Part shown: in pieces, positions 9,299-20,356 of the stretch | How the letters are laid out: the number at the start of each line of letters is the position of its first letter | How positions within the stretch are numbered: position 1 is the first letter of the stretch | Source of the DNA: an uncultured Carnobacteriaceae bacterium | Lineage (GTDB): Bacteria; Bacillota; Bacilli; Lactobacillales; Carnobacteriaceae_A | Direction: 5' to 3' | DNA length: 43,840 nucleotides | NCBI GenBank assembly: GCA_964555455.1 | Contig: CAZKSU010000001.1 | Coordinates: forward strand, 1-43,840 | Notes under the pieces: model-generated | The model's input: only the letters and a program-made list of their open reading frames with translations | Told to the model about the DNA's origin: nothing | Database searches by the model: none | Program-made: the position numbers and the translations under genes

Positions 9299-10786
9299 AT
9301 GAACGAACAAAATGATCATAAAAAGACTATCGGCCTTACAAGAAACCAGTTTATGGCTTCTCTTGCTGTCACTTTCATTGTAGGCATACTCGGGACGTAT
9401 GGCGTGTTATCCTTTGCTTCTAAATCAGAAGAAGAGCCGGCGACAGAAGAAGCCGTTGACACTGAGGCGGATTTAGATACGCAATATCTCTTTGGACTGA
9501 CTGATGAATTATCAGTAATCAATAAGCTGTATACGATCTTGCAAACAAGCTACTATGAAGAAATTGATTCAGAAGTTCTAGTGGAAGGCGCTCTTGAAGG
9601 AATGGCTGGAGCTGTTGACGATCCGTACACGGAATATTTAGATGAAGTAGAGAGTACAAGTTTCGAAGAGGATGTGTCGGGTTCTTTTGAAGGAATTGGG
9701 GCTGAAGTCATGAAGGATGGGGAATATGTCCGGATCGTTTCGCCCATTGCAAACTCACCGGCTGAAGCGGCTGGTTTACAGCCCAATGACTTTATTGTAG
9801 AAGTCGACGGCACTTCTATTGCAGACATGACCCTGAATGAAGCGGTGGCCTTGATTCGTGGTCCTGAAGGCAGTGATGTCGAACTCCTTATCCAGCGCGG
9901 GGAAGAACAGATGACGGTGGTCCTTACCCGTGCGACGATTCCTATTGAGACGGTTTATTTTGAAATTGACGAAAATGATCCGACAATCGGCCATGTGAAT
10001 ATTGTGAATTTCAATCTCCCGACTTATGAAGAAACAGTGACAGCCATTCAAGAGCTGGAAGAGCAAGGCGTGGAGAAGATTATCTTTGATGTGCGAGGCA
10101 ATCCGGGAGGCTTACTGACAACTGCTCTGCAGCTCGCTAATATTTTTGTTCCCAATGGTGAACCTTTAATGATGACTGAGTATAGAGAAGATGAAGAGCC
10201 AACCGTCTACCTTGCTTCGGATGAATTTGGCGAGTACAAATATGAAGGAGAAGCCCTTCTTCTGATTGACCAGGGAAGTGCCAGTGCTTCTGAAATCTTA
10301 GCAGGTGCGATGCATTCTGTAGGCATCCCCTTATATGGTCAGACAACTTTTGGAAAAGGGACCGTACAGAGTGTCGTGAGTTTAGGCGAATCAGATGAAG
10401 TGAAATTCACAAGCGGCAAGTGGCTGACAGCAGAAGGTGAATGGATCAATGAAGAAGGCATTACACCAGATGTTGAAGTGGAACTTCCCGAATATGCTAA
10501 TTTATTTATAGTGAATCCTACGGCGACTTATGAGCAAGGACAAAGCTCTCCTGAAATCAGCAATCTAAAAAGTGTGTTAGAAGCACTTGGTTATTCGGTT
10601 TCAGAAAACGACCTCTATGATGACTCCGTCGTTGAGGCGGTAAAATCGTACCAAGAAGAAAATGATTTGACAGTGGATGGAATAGTTACAGGGAATACGG
10701 CTCGTTCATTAACTGAGAGTTTACGTGCTTTAATTGAAGCGAATGACACGCAATATAATGCAGCTGTTCAAGCACTCCAAGAGTAA
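9299..10786 (+). CDS. ctpA: S41 C-terminal processing peptidase with PDZ and peptidoglycan-binding domains
   Basis: TM anchor, DPYT, GIGA (PDZ), DVRGNPGG, SASASE (catalytic Ser), TFGKG.VQ and a C-terminal L.VDGIV PG-binding motif. Confidence 0.92.
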   Translation: MNEQNDHKKTIGLTRNQFMASLAVTFIVGILGTYGVLSFASKSEEEPATEEAVDTEADLDTQYLFGLTDELSVINKLYTILQTSYYEEIDSEVLVEGALEGMAGAVDDPYTEYLDEVESTSFEEDVSGSFEGIGAEVMKDGEYVRIVSPIANSPAEAAGLQPNDFIVEVDGTSIADMTLNEAVALIRGPEGSDVELLIQRGEEQMTVVLTRATIPIETVYFEIDENDPTIGHVNIVNFNLPTYEETVTAIQELEEQGVEKIIFDVRGNPGGLLTTALQLANIFVPNGEPLMMTEYREDEEPTVYLASDEFGEYKYEGEALLLIDQGSASASEILAGAMHSVGIPLYGQTTFGKGTVQSVVSLGESDEVKFTSGKWLTAEGEWINEEGITPDVEVELPEYANLFIVNPTATYEQGQSSPEISNLKSVLEALGYSVSENDLYDDSVVEAVKSYQEENDLTVDGIVTGNTARSLTESLRALIEANDTQYNAAVQALQE

Positions 10787-10864
10787 AATATTTCATTAAA
10801 CGGTATTTTTGGACAGAATATGGTATTATAGACTAGCGAATATTATAACATTGGAGACGATAGA

Positions 10865-11476
10865 ATGAGTGAGCATGATTCAAGTCTGCCGCCACGAAGT
10901 GATAGGCAAAACAAAACCAAAAATAAAGAAGACGTTCGAACGTCTTTCCTGCGGGAACTCATTTCCATTATAAAATATGTTCTCGTACTACTAGTTGTAT
11001 TCTTTGTCGTTTATCAGTTTTTCTATGCACCAGTAATGGTGGATGGAGATTCTATGGAACCAACTTTACAAGATGGTGACTATGTTCTCTTGAACAAATT
11101 TTCTGACATCGAGCGTTTTGATATCGTGGTGTTCCCGCCACCTGACGATGAAGAAACTCAATATATTAAACGTGTCATTGGAATGCCGGGCGATACGGTC
11201 GAATATCGAGGGGATGTCCTTTTTATCGATGGCGATCCGGTAGAAGAGCCTTTTTTAGAGAATGCAGAAGAAGCTGATTTTTATTCGTCAGGCGATTATT
11301 CTCTGCTGACTTTGTTTGGTGTTGAAGAAGTTCCCGCCGGCCAGTATTTTGTATTAGGGGATAATCGGCTGAATTCACGGGACAGCCGCAGTTTTGGTTT
11401 TATTGAGGAAGAGGCTATCCTCGGCAAAGCGTCATTGAGGTATTGGCCTTTAGAGCGTTTTGGTTTAGTTGAATAA
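10865..11476 (+). CDS. lepB: Signal peptidase I
   Basis: Single TM helix, GDSMEPTL (Ser), YIKRVIGMPGD (Lys) and GDNR.NSRDSR.FG. Confidence 0.95.
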   Translation: MSEHDSSLPPRSDRQNKTKNKEDVRTSFLRELISIIKYVLVLLVVFFVVYQFFYAPVMVDGDSMEPTLQDGDYVLLNKFSDIERFDIVVFPPPDDEETQYIKRVIGMPGDTVEYRGDVLFIDGDPVEEPFLENAEEADFYSSGDYSLLTLFGVEEVPAGQYFVLGDNRLNSRDSRSFGFIEEEAILGKASLRYWPLERFGLVE

Positions 11477-11487
11477 AATAAAAAATA

Positions 11488-11521
11488 ACCGTGTTGGCTA
11501 TAGAGGCCGACACGGTCATTT
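11488..11521 (+). terminator. Probable terminator after lepB
   Basis: accgtgttggc/gccgacacggt stem with a short T tail. Confidence 0.55.
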
Positions 11522-11542
11522 AATGATTAGGTAGGTGTTATT

Positions 11543-12418
11543 ATGGCAATTATACAATGGTATCCAGGACATATGGCAAAAGCGAAAAGAGAGTTAAAGG
11601 AAAAATTGCCCCTGGTAGATGTGGTATTTGAACTGGTGGATGCGCGTATTCCAAATGCGTCCAGAAACCCGGATGTGAAGGAACTTATTCAAAACAAACC
11701 GCATGTCCTGATATTGATGAAAGCTGATTTAGCAGACACTCGAGTAACAAACCAGTGGCTAAGCTATTTCAAAGAGAACAACATCGAGGCTGTTCCTTTT
11801 AACGGAAAGTCTTCTAAAGGGATCCAAGAGATCATTGAAGCAGCCAAAAATGTACTAAAAGAAAATTTTTCAAAACGGGAAGACAAGGGGTTGAAAGAAC
11901 GAGCGATTCGAGCCGTAACAGTTGGTATTCCTAATGTCGGGAAATCGACATTGATTAACCGTTTTGCGGGAAAAAATGTCACAAGAACTGGGGACCGCCC
12001 GGGAGTGACAAAAGCGCAGCAGTGGATTAAATACAAAAACCAGCTTGAGCTGTTAGATATGCCAGGGATTTTATGGCCGAAATTTGAAGATCAAAGTACA
12101 GGAGAAAAGTTGGCTTTGACGGGTGCAATTAAACATACTTTGTATTATAAAGATGATATTGCAATTTACGCAATCGATTACTTGGTAAAGGAATACCCTG
12201 GCGCTTTGGCGAAGCGTTACAATTTTAATGAAACAATGGAGCAGGAATTAAGCGCTCCTGATTTATTATTGCTTATTACTGAAAAAAGAGGGTATTTTGA
12301 TGACTACGACCGAGGCGCTGAAATGCTTTTAAATGAGCTAAGAGATGGCAAATTAGGAAACTTGTCTTTTGAAAAACCAGCAGAATTGGATGAAAAAAAT
12401 GAAGAAACGAACAATTAA
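11543..12418 (+). CDS. rbgA: Ribosome biogenesis GTPase A
   Basis: IQWYPGHMAKA, DARIP..SRNP, GIPNVGKST, PGVTK and LLD.PGILWPK. Confidence 0.96.
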   Translation: MAIIQWYPGHMAKAKRELKEKLPLVDVVFELVDARIPNASRNPDVKELIQNKPHVLILMKADLADTRVTNQWLSYFKENNIEAVPFNGKSSKGIQEIIEAAKNVLKENFSKREDKGLKERAIRAVTVGIPNVGKSTLINRFAGKNVTRTGDRPGVTKAQQWIKYKNQLELLDMPGILWPKFEDQSTGEKLALTGAIKHTLYYKDDIAIYAIDYLVKEYPGALAKRYNFNETMEQELSAPDLLLLITEKRGYFDDYDRGAEMLLNELRDGKLGNLSFEKPAELDEKNEETNN

Positions 12419-13169
12419 AGAAATAAAGGACCATTTGCAATCCATCGAATCTAAAGAGGATCCATTTCTTCAAGAACTTGGATCCGATGAGCGTAAAGGA
12501 GTTCAAACGGCTTTAAAACAGTGGGTTAAAAAATACGAAGCCAAAGAACGGCTAATCGAACAAGCCATGCAGATGTCCCGGTATGAAAACAAGGCACGAG
12601 AAGCCGGCTTTAACTATATTGCCGGTATTGATGAAGTAGGTAGAGGCCCTTTAGCTGGCCCTGTGGTCGCGGCGGCTGTGATATTGAATCCAGAACAGCC
12701 AATTATAGGTCTGGATGATTCGAAGAAGCTGTCAGAATTAAAAAGAAAGCAGCTATTTAAAGAAATCAAAGAAAAGGCAATTGCGGTAGCGGTTGGTTCG
12801 GCTGAAGCGGCAGAGATTGATCAAATCAATATTTTGCAGGCAACGAAAAGCGCCATGCATCGTGCAGTCCAACAGCTCGATGTCGAGCCCGACTTGCTGC
12901 TAGTCGATGCGGAAACCCTTGATCTTCCTATCGAACAGCGAGCAATTATTAAAGGGGATTCCAACAGCAATAGCATCGCAGCAGCTAGTATCGTTGCTAA
13001 AGTGATACGAGATGATCTGATGAACACTTTTGACCAGTCCTACCCAGAATATGGTTTTAAAAATAACGTGGGCTATGGCACAAAAATGCATTTAGAGGCT
13101 CTTGCACAATTTGGGCCGACTCCGATTCATCGGAAAAGTTTCGCTCCAGTAAAAAAATATTTAAAATAA
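12399..13169 (+). CDS. rnhB: Ribonuclease HII
   Basis: GIDEVGRGPLAGPV, DSKKL, KGD...SIAAASI.AKV.RD, GYGT..H and HRKSF; exact start uncertain (12390 or 12399), overlaps the rbgA end. Confidence 0.95.
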   Translation: MKKRTIKEIKDHLQSIESKEDPFLQELGSDERKGVQTALKQWVKKYEAKERLIEQAMQMSRYENKAREAGFNYIAGIDEVGRGPLAGPVVAAAVILNPEQPIIGLDDSKKLSELKRKQLFKEIKEKAIAVAVGSAEAAEIDQINILQATKSAMHRAVQQLDVEPDLLLVDAETLDLPIEQRAIIKGDSNSNSIAAASIVAKVIRDDLMNTFDQSYPEYGFKNNVGYGTKMHLEALAQFGPTPIHRKSFAPVKKYLK

Positions 13170-13239
13170 AAAATGACATTCACACTTTTTGGGTAATTAT
13201 ATATATAAGAAGATAAATAATTACGAAAAGAGTGAAAAA

Positions 13240-14142
13240 ATGGAACAAATAAGCGAATTAGATGAGCTATTATTTGGCATCGGTCTTTATTCCCAATTAC
13301 AGGCTGTGGATAAATTCTATTTAAGCATTGAATTACTAAAAGAGCACTTTCCTGAAATAGACAGACAGTCTTTCACTGGATTTAAATCAATAAAGAAGCT
13401 TTCTCATGAAAAGAAAGCTTCTTTTGTTTCTTTTTATGAGAAGGCAGATATTCGCAGTGACATGCTTCGCCATCAAGAGGCAGGCATCCAATGGGTACAT
13501 GTTTTATCAGCAGCCTATCCCGAACACTTAAAAAAGATTTATGCTCCGCCGATTGTATTATTCTATAAAGGCCATTTAGAGTTAATCGAAGAACATACTT
13601 GGCTTGGGGTAGTCGGTTCGCGCGAATTTACTCTCTATGGAAAACAAACCGTTGAGTATTTACTTGGAACGCTTTTTAAAGCTGCCAATCATCAAGTAGG
13701 CGTGATTTCTGGCTTAGCTAAAGGCATAGATACAGAAGCGCACATTGCTGCCATTCAAAACAATGAAAAGACGGTAGGGGTGATCGGTTCTGGTCTTGAT
13801 CAATATTATCCAAAAGCGAATCAGCCCATTCAAGATTTGCTGAGTGAAAAATACTTGGTGTTAAGCGAATACCCCATGGGGGCCAAGCCGTTAAAATTCC
13901 ATTTCCCCGAAAGGAATCGAATTATCGCCGGCATTAGCCGGGGGATTTTAGTAATCGAATCCAAGAAAAGAAGCGGCAGTTTGATTACGGCTTATAATGC
14001 ATTAGACGAAGGACGCGATGTTTTTACGGTCCCAGGCTCCATTTTTGACGATACCCAAGCGGGCAATCATCGGCTCATTCAACTCGGGGCAATTCTGACG
14101 CAAAATGGAGAAGACATCTTGGCTGAGTGGTATCTTATATAG
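13240..14142 (+). CDS. dprA: DNA processing protein A (Smf)
   Basis: YP..L..I..PP.VLFYKG, VVGSR, SGLAKGID..AH, FP.RNRIIAG and SGSLITA..A.DEGRDVF. Confidence 0.93.
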   Translation: MEQISELDELLFGIGLYSQLQAVDKFYLSIELLKEHFPEIDRQSFTGFKSIKKLSHEKKASFVSFYEKADIRSDMLRHQEAGIQWVHVLSAAYPEHLKKIYAPPIVLFYKGHLELIEEHTWLGVVGSREFTLYGKQTVEYLLGTLFKAANHQVGVISGLAKGIDTEAHIAAIQNNEKTVGVIGSGLDQYYPKANQPIQDLLSEKYLVLSEYPMGAKPLKFHFPERNRIIAGISRGILVIESKKRSGSLITAYNALDEGRDVFTVPGSIFDDTQAGNHRLIQLGAILTQNGEDILAEWYLI

Positions 14143-14163
14143 TAGAAACTTTTTTAAAAAAAT

Positions 14164-14193
14164 TTGACAAAGTGAATTCATATGTACTATGAT
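14164..14193 (+). promoter_or_regulatory. Sigma-A promoter of topA
   Basis: TTGACA-18 nt-TATGAT. Confidence 0.6.
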
Positions 14194-14267
14194 AGGTCAC
14201 GATTTACTAACCAATAAGTTTTTTCATAAAAATAAAGAGAAATGTTTGAACAGAAAGGGGTTTTAGC

Positions 14268-16334
14268 TTGGCTTTTAAGTATTTAGTGATTGTGGAGTCG
14301 CCAGCTAAAGGAAAAACCATCGAGAAATATTTAGGTAAAAACTATAAAGTCGTGGCCAGTTTAGGACACGTGCGTGATTTGCCTAAAAGCCGTATGGGTA
14401 TAGATTTTGAAAATAATTATGAACCAGATTATATTACAATTCGTGGAAAAGGTCCTGTATTAAAGGATTTGAGAAAGTACGCTAAAAAAGCGGAAAAAGT
14501 TTACCTGGCAGCCGACCCGGACCGTGAAGGAGAAGCAATTGCTTGGCACTTAGGGCATGCGTTGAAACTCGAAGAAGATGCTGAAAACAGAGTAGTCTTT
14601 AATGAAATTACGAAAGAAGCTGTTAAAGACGCTTTTAAAACCCCACGTAAATTAAACAAAGATTTAGTCGATGCTCAGCAGGCCCGGCGTGTCTTGGACC
14701 GTATTGTGGGTTACAAAATTAGTCCTATTCTATGGCAAAAAGTTAAAAGTGGCCTAAGTGCAGGACGCGTCCAATCGGTTGCTTTAAAAATTATTATTGA
14801 CCGTGAAAAGGAAATACGCAATTTTAATCCGGAAGAATACTGGTCAATTGCAGCAAATTTCAAAAAAGATAAAAAGAAATTTGAAGCTTCTTTCTATGGC
14901 GTCGATAATAAGAAGAAAGATTTACCGAACCAAGAAGCTGTTAGTGAGATTTTAGATAAGATCGATCAGAAACAGCCATTCGAAGTGAAGAAAGTAACAA
15001 AAAGTAAGAGAAACCGGAATCCGAAAAAACCTTTTACAACCAGTACTTTGCAGCAAGAAGCAGCGAATCGTTTGAATTTCAGAACCAATAAAACAATGAG
15101 TACTGCTCAACAGCTTTACGAAGGGGTTTCGATTCAAAGAAACCAGACAGTTGGTTTAATTACGTATATGCGTACAGATTCAACCCGAATTTCAAATACC
15201 GCACGCAATGAAGCGATTGACTATATCGAAAATGAATTTGGCGGAGAATATGTAGGCGCTCAACGTGCGACTTCCAATAGTGCAGGAGCACAAGATGCCC
15301 ATGAGGCGATTCGCCCAACTAGTGCGAAACGTACACCTGAATCGATTAAAAAGTATCTGTCAAAAGACCAATATCGCCTCTACCAATTAATTTGGAGCCG
15401 TTTCATGGCCAGTCAAATGAAACCAGCCGTCTATAATACAATGCGCGTAGATTTAGAGCAAAACGGTGTTCTATTCCGTGCCAATGGTTCACAGCTTGTC
15501 TTCGCTGGTTACCAAAAAGTATACAAAGAAAGCACCAAAGAAAAAGACAATATCTTGCCGGATATGGCTGAAGGAGAGAAAGTCGATTTAGAAAAACTGG
15601 ATCCTAAACAGCACTTTACTCAACCGCCTGCACGCTACAGTGAAGCAACTTTAGTTAAGGCTTTGGAAGAAAATGGGGTAGGCCGGCCATCCACTTATGC
15701 GCCAACTCTGAATACTTTGCGTCGCCGTTATTATGTCACCATGAAAAATAGACGTTTTGAACCCACTGAGCTGGGCGAGATAGTCAATGAGCTTATTTCA
15801 GAATACTTCCCGCAAATTGTCGATGCAAAATTTACTGCTGAAATGGAAGAGCAGCTAGATGAGATTGAGCTTGGGGAACAGGATTGGTTAGAGCTTATCG
15901 ATAATTTCTATAAACCGTTTAACGAAAAAGTTGAAACAGCGGAAGAAGAAATGGAAGAAATTGAAATTAAAGATGAACCCGCGGGCTTTGACTGTGAAAA
16001 ATGTGGTCACCCAATGGTTATTAAAATGGGCCGTTACGGGAAATTTTATGCTTGTTCCAACTTCCCTGACTGCCGCAACACAAAAGCTATTTTGAAAAAA
16101 ATCGGCGTCACATGCCCGACTTGCGGCAAGGGAGAAGTCGTCGAACGAAAAACGAAGAAGAATCGTGTCTTCTACGGCTGTGAACGTTACCCAGACTGTG
16201 AATTTACATCTTGGGATAAACCTATTGGAAGAGACTGTCCAAAATGTGAGCAGTTCTTAGTAGAGAAACGTACAAGAAAACAAACCCAGGTCAAATGCTC
16301 GAACTGTGATTATGAAGAAGAACCGCAAAAATAA
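14268..16334 (+). CDS. topA: DNA topoisomerase I
   Basis: [33 protein letters not shown] (catalytic Tyr) and C-terminal Zn ribbons; TTG start. Confidence 0.98.
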   Translation: MAFKYLVIVESPAKGKTIEKYLGKNYKVVASLGHVRDLPKSRMGIDFENNYEPDYITIRGKGPVLKDLRKYAKKAEKVYLAADPDREGEAIAWHLGHALKLEEDAENRVVFNEITKEAVKDAFKTPRKLNKDLVDAQQARRVLDRIVGYKISPILWQKVKSGLSAGRVQSVALKIIIDREKEIRNFNPEEYWSIAANFKKDKKKFEASFYGVDNKKKDLPNQEAVSEILDKIDQKQPFEVKKVTKSKRNRNPKKPFTTSTLQQEAANRLNFRTNKTMSTAQQLYEGVSIQRNQTVGLITYMRTDSTRISNTARNEAIDYIENEFGGEYVGAQRATSNSAGAQDAHEAIRPTSAKRTPESIKKYLSKDQYRLYQLIWSRFMASQMKPAVYNTMRVDLEQNGVLFRANGSQLVFAGYQKVYKESTKEKDNILPDMAEGEKVDLEKLDPKQHFTQPPARYSEATLVKALEENGVGRPSTYAPTLNTLRRRYYVTMKNRRFEPTELGEIVNELISEYFPQIVDAKFTAEMEEQLDEIELGEQDWLELIDNFYKPFNEKVETAEEEMEEIEIKDEPAGFDCEKCGHPMVIKMGRYGKFYACSNFPDCRNTKAILKKIGVTCPTCGKGEVVERKTKKNRVFYGCERYPDCEFTSWDKPIGRDCPKCEQFLVEKRTRKQTQVKCSNCDYEEEPQK

Positions 16335-16345
16335 GAATAAAGGTC

Positions 16346-16380
16346 AAGTCGCTGATAGATGTTCTATTCAGCGGCTTTTT
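16346..16380 (+). terminator. Terminator after topA
   Basis: aagtcgctga...tcagcggctt stem followed by a T run. Confidence 0.75.
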
Positions 16381-16475
16381 CTTCATAAATTTTTCAATAG
16401 GTTTTAAAACCCTTTGGAAAAGATGTATGCTAGAATAGAACAGTGAGTGACGAAAAAAATGGTGGGGGTATTTAA

Positions 16476-17378
16476 GTGGTAGAAAAAAGAAACTTAGTCG
16501 CAGATTTTATGACCTATCTTACGCATGAACGGAACTATTCCGATTTAACAAGAGAGGCCTATTTCCAGGATATCCAGCACTTTCTCTCTTTTTTAAAAGA
16601 AACGGGAGATGAAGATTTATTGGCTGTGGAGATTGCAGATGCGCGTATTTATTTAAGTCGGTTAACCGACTTAAAGTACAGCCGGACATCGATTTCCAGA
16701 AAAATATCTAGTTTGCGTGCATTTTATCAATACCTGCTAAACCATGAATTCATTCAGGAGAACCCTTTTTCATACTTGCACTTAAAAAAATCAGGCTTTC
16801 GTTTGCCAAATTTCTTCTACAGTGAGGAAATCAAAGAGCTGTTTGATACCGTCTCTGGAAGCGAGCCTTTAGATTACCGCGATAAGGTGCTCTTAGAAAT
16901 TCTCTATGGGACCGGTATTCGAGTCAGCGAATGCCAAGCGCTTAAATTAGAACACGTGGATTTAGATTTAGGCGTGCTGCTTGTTTTAGGGAAAGGAAAT
17001 CGAGAGCGCTATGTGCCGTTTGGCGAATTTGCTAAGGTGGCGATTGAAGAATATATCGAATATTGCCGAAAACCGCTGATGGAAAAGCACCACAAAGAAC
17101 ATGATTATCTCCTGATTAGTCAATATGGCGACCATATATCCGTCTCCGGTATTCAATATGCCTTGAATGCTTTAATTAAAAAAACGAGCTTGACTTCCTC
17201 TATCCATCCTCATAAATTGCGGCATTCATTTGCCACTCATCTGTTGGACAATGGAGCAGATATGCGGACGGTTCAGGAATTGCTGGGCCATAAAAGTTTA
17301 TCGTCGACTCAGATTTACACACATGTGACGAAAGATCATTTATTGAAAGATTATAATAAATTTCATCCACGCGCGTAG
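16476..17378 (+). CDS. xerC: Tyrosine recombinase XerC (CodV)
   Basis: [41 protein letters not shown] and HPRA end; upstream of hslVU. Confidence 0.93.
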   Translation: MVEKRNLVADFMTYLTHERNYSDLTREAYFQDIQHFLSFLKETGDEDLLAVEIADARIYLSRLTDLKYSRTSISRKISSLRAFYQYLLNHEFIQENPFSYLHLKKSGFRLPNFFYSEEIKELFDTVSGSEPLDYRDKVLLEILYGTGIRVSECQALKLEHVDLDLGVLLVLGKGNRERYVPFGEFAKVAIEEYIEYCRKPLMEKHHKEHDYLLISQYGDHISVSGIQYALNALIKKTSLTSSIHPHKLRHSFATHLLDNGADMRTVQELLGHKSLSSTQIYTHVTKDHLLKDYNKFHPRA

Positions 17379-17425
17379 TTCCAAGAAGCTTGCGCTGCAA
17401 AGATGAAGTAGTAGGAGGAAATTTA

Positions 17426-17977
17426 ATGGTAAAGTTTCATGCAACAACAATTTTAGCTGTGCGCCATAACGGTGAAACAGCAATGGCTGGTGACGGCCAG
17501 GTAACGATGGGTGAATCGGTGATTATGAAAGGCACCGCCCGAAAAATCCGCAAGATTTATAATAATCAGGTGCTGGTTGGTTTCGCAGGGAGTGTTGCGG
17601 ATGCCTATACTTTGCAAGAAAAATTTGAAGGCTATTTAAATGCACGTAAAGGGAACCTGCAGCAAGCAGCAGTGGAATTAGCGAAAGAATGGCGTTCGGA
17701 TAAGCAAATGCGCCAATTAGAAGCTTTGCTCATCGCCATGGATAAAGACGAAATTCTGCTTATTTCCGGTACAGGTGAAGTTATAGCGCCAGATGATGAA
17801 GTATTAAGTATCGGTTCAGGCGGGAATTATGCGCTCGCAGCCGCTCGCGCCTTAAAACGCCATAATAAAGAGATGACGGCTGAAAAAATAGCTTATGAAG
17901 GCTTAAAAATTGCATCGGAAATCGATGTCTTCACAAATGGAAATATTGTGACAGAAAAACTAGAGGAAAGTGAGTGA
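17426..17977 (+). CDS. hslV: ATP-dependent protease peptidase subunit HslV (ClpQ)
   Basis: [22 protein letters not shown] and IGSGGNYA; ATG at 17426 after aggagg. Confidence 0.96.
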   Translation: MVKFHATTILAVRHNGETAMAGDGQVTMGESVIMKGTARKIRKIYNNQVLVGFAGSVADAYTLQEKFEGYLNARKGNLQQAAVELAKEWRSDKQMRQLEALLIAMDKDEILLISGTGEVIAPDDEVLSIGSGGNYALAAARALKRHNKEMTAEKIAYEGLKIASEIDVFTNGNIVTEKLEESE

Positions 17978-19409
17978 AAGGATATTGGTAACTTCAAATG
18001 AATTAACGCCTAGAGAAATTGTGGAACGGCTAGACCAGTATATTGTTGGCCAAGAAGAAGCAAAAAAATCAGTAGCCATTGCATTACGTAACCGCTACCG
18101 CAGACAATTAATTGAGGGAGAAATGCAAAAAGAAATTACACCGAAAAACATCCTCATGATTGGTTCGACGGGTGTAGGTAAAACAGAAATTGCGCGTCGG
18201 TTAGCAACTATTTTGCAAGCTCCTTTTGTAAAAGTTGAAGCGACAAAATTTACAGAAGTAGGGTATGTCGGACGTGATGTCGAATCGATGGTCCGAGACT
18301 TAGTCGAAGCCGCGATTCAAATTGTCCGTCGTCAAAAAAGAAGTCAGGTTCATTCACGGGCAGAAGATCAGGCCATAAAAAGAATCGCAAAAACATTGGT
18401 GCCTGGGATTCGTCGAGAGAAAGCAGCGCAAGATGAAAATCCGATGTCTCAAATCTTTCGAGGTTTTGGAATGGATCCTTCTGCTATGAACTTGCCGGAA
18501 CAAGAGCCGGAAGAAGAAGTGACAGAAGAAATCTCTTCAAAGCGCAGCGAGTTAGAAGACCAAATTCGTCGCGGAGTGTTAGATCTTCGTGAAGTCGAGA
18601 TTGAAGTAGAAGAGAAGAAAACGACGCCTTCTGGTCCGATGAATGCGCAGTTTGAACAAATGGGGATTGATTTATCCGACACGCTTGGCTCATTACGTCC
18701 GCCAAAAAAAGTAAAACGTAAAATGACTGTGCGAGAAGCGATTGAAGTATTGACAGAAGAAGAAGCGGACCAAATGATCAATACAGAAGATATCAATGCG
18801 GAAGCGGTAAAATTAGCGGAAAATAGCGGCATCATCTTCTTAGATGAGATTGATAAGATTGCCAGCGGTCAAGACGGTGGTCAGCAGCAAGTATCTCGAG
18901 AAGGTGTCCAACGAGATATTTTACCGATTGTCGAAGGGTCAATTGTTCATACAAAATATGGAAATGTAAAAACGGACTATGTCTTGTTTATTGGATCAGG
19001 AGCTTTCCATATGTCCAAACCAAGCGATTTAATTCCAGAGCTGCAAGGACGTTTCCCGATCCGAGTCGAGCTTGATGATTTAACTGAAGAAGACTTTATC
19101 AGAATTCTGACTGAACCGAAGAATTCTTTAATTAAGCAATACAGAGCGTTGCTTGAAACGGAAAATGTCGAAGTGACCTTTACGATGGATGCGATTGAAG
19201 AAATTGCACGGATTGCTGAAAAAGTAAACCATGAAACGGATAATATAGGAGCACGCCGACTCCACACCATACTAGAAAAGCTGCTTGAAGAATTACTCTT
19301 TGAAGCATCCGATATGAACATTGGCGAAGTTCAGATCACCAAACAATATGTTGCCGACCGAATCGGTGACATCGCTGAAGACCGAGATCTGTCTCAGTAT
19401 ATTTTATAA
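17970..19409 (+). CDS. hslU: ATP-dependent protease ATPase subunit HslU (ClpY)
   Basis: TPREIV..LD.YIVGQ, Walker [31 protein letters not shown] and LSQYIL end; exact start uncertain. Confidence 0.96.
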   Translation: MSERILVTSNELTPREIVERLDQYIVGQEEAKKSVAIALRNRYRRQLIEGEMQKEITPKNILMIGSTGVGKTEIARRLATILQAPFVKVEATKFTEVGYVGRDVESMVRDLVEAAIQIVRRQKRSQVHSRAEDQAIKRIAKTLVPGIRREKAAQDENPMSQIFRGFGMDPSAMNLPEQEPEEEVTEEISSKRSELEDQIRRGVLDLREVEIEVEEKKTTPSGPMNAQFEQMGIDLSDTLGSLRPPKKVKRKMTVREAIEVLTEEEADQMINTEDINAEAVKLAENSGIIFLDEIDKIASGQDGGQQQVSREGVQRDILPIVEGSIVHTKYGNVKTDYVLFIGSGAFHMSKPSDLIPELQGRFPIRVELDDLTEEDFIRILTEPKNSLIKQYRALLETENVEVTFTMDAIEEIARIAEKVNHETDNIGARRLHTILEKLLEELLFEASDMNIGEVQITKQYVADRIGDIAEDRDLSQYIL

Positions 19410-19415
19410 AAAACA

Positions 19416-19465
19416 AAAACTGCTCGTTTCCTAATGCGTATTAGGGGAACGTGCAGTTTTCTTTT
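19416..19465. terminator. Bidirectional terminator between hslU and plsY
   Basis: aaaactgc.cgtttcctaat/attaggggaacg.gcagtttt hairpin with A and T flanks. Confidence 0.75.
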
Positions 19466-19513
19466 GGTTTATCTAGATGTCCTAGCCGATCCATGCATTA
19501 AACGCATCGATTC

Positions 19514-20125
19514 TTATTTTTTTTGATCTTTTTTTGTGCTGCGAAAACCGAAAGGAACCCGGCTTTCTGTACCGCCAAAAATTCGTTTCACATTTTCCCG
19601 GTGCAAATAAATAATTGCTAAGGCCAAGACCCATATAACTGCAGTCATAATAGGGTCTCCAATAAAAAACGAACCGATGGCTGCCAAAGAAACAGCTCCT
19701 ATACTTGCAATACTCACTGTACTGGTCGTAAATAAAATAACAAGAAATACGCTTAGAAAAATCAGCAAGTAAAGCGGATGGATCGCCAAAACCACTCCGG
19801 CGGTAGTTGCAACAGCCTTCCCGCCTTTAAATCGGATATAAAGAGGGTAGACATGACCTAAAATAGCAAAGAGGCCGATGAAAATCGGATGAATGTCGGT
19901 TCCTAGATACATCGGTAGCCATGTCGCAAGGAACCCTTTCAATACATCCATAATTAAGGCTACCGTTCCTGCTTTGGGGCCAAGTATCCGAAAAGTATTG
20001 GTCGCCCCGGTATTTCCGCTTCCATATTCACGTATGTCTTTATTAAAAAATATCTTTCCAATCCATACTCCAGAAGGTATAGAGCCCAGTAAATAGGCTA
20101 TAACCATTTGAATGATTACATCCAA
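19514..20125 (-). CDS. plsY: Glycerol-3-phosphate acyltransferase
   Basis: YLLGSIP, GSGNTGATN.FR, D.LKG, GH.YP...FKGGKAVAT and H..N..R...G.E; divergent from parE. Confidence 0.95.
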   Translation of the reverse strand: MDVIIQMVIAYLLGSIPSGVWIGKIFFNKDIREYGSGNTGATNTFRILGPKAGTVALIMDVLKGFLATWLPMYLGTDIHPIFIGLFAILGHVYPLYIRFKGGKAVATTAGVVLAIHPLYLLIFLSVFLVILFTTSTVSIASIGAVSLAAIGSFFIGDPIMTAVIWVLALAIIYLHRENVKRIFGGTESRVPFGFRSTKKDQKK

Positions 20126-20356
20126 AATAATCTCTCCTTTATCACGAGGCTGGGTAGTTTTACATAGATGTGACGCCTCACGATTGCTAGATTTATTTTA
20201 CCATGTTTCTGTCCATATCTTAAAAATAATTTCTTAAATCTTGCAGAAACTATCTAAAAAAGGTATTCTGTATAAGATCTTGGCTGGTATTTTAAGGAAA
20301 AAAACGGCTTTAAAAGCCGACAATACAACTTCTTTCGGTATTTTTCGTTCTGTTTA

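Noticed and set aside
13222-13229. TACGAAAA resembling a ComX cin-box upstream of dprA
   Set aside because: One mismatch, no T-rich upstream tract at the expected position, and too close to the ATG to leave an RBS
16476-17378. Tyrosine recombinase as a phage or island integrase
   Set aside because: It sits in the conserved topA-xerC-hslVU context with XerC/CodV motifs; no att sites or cargo genes nearby
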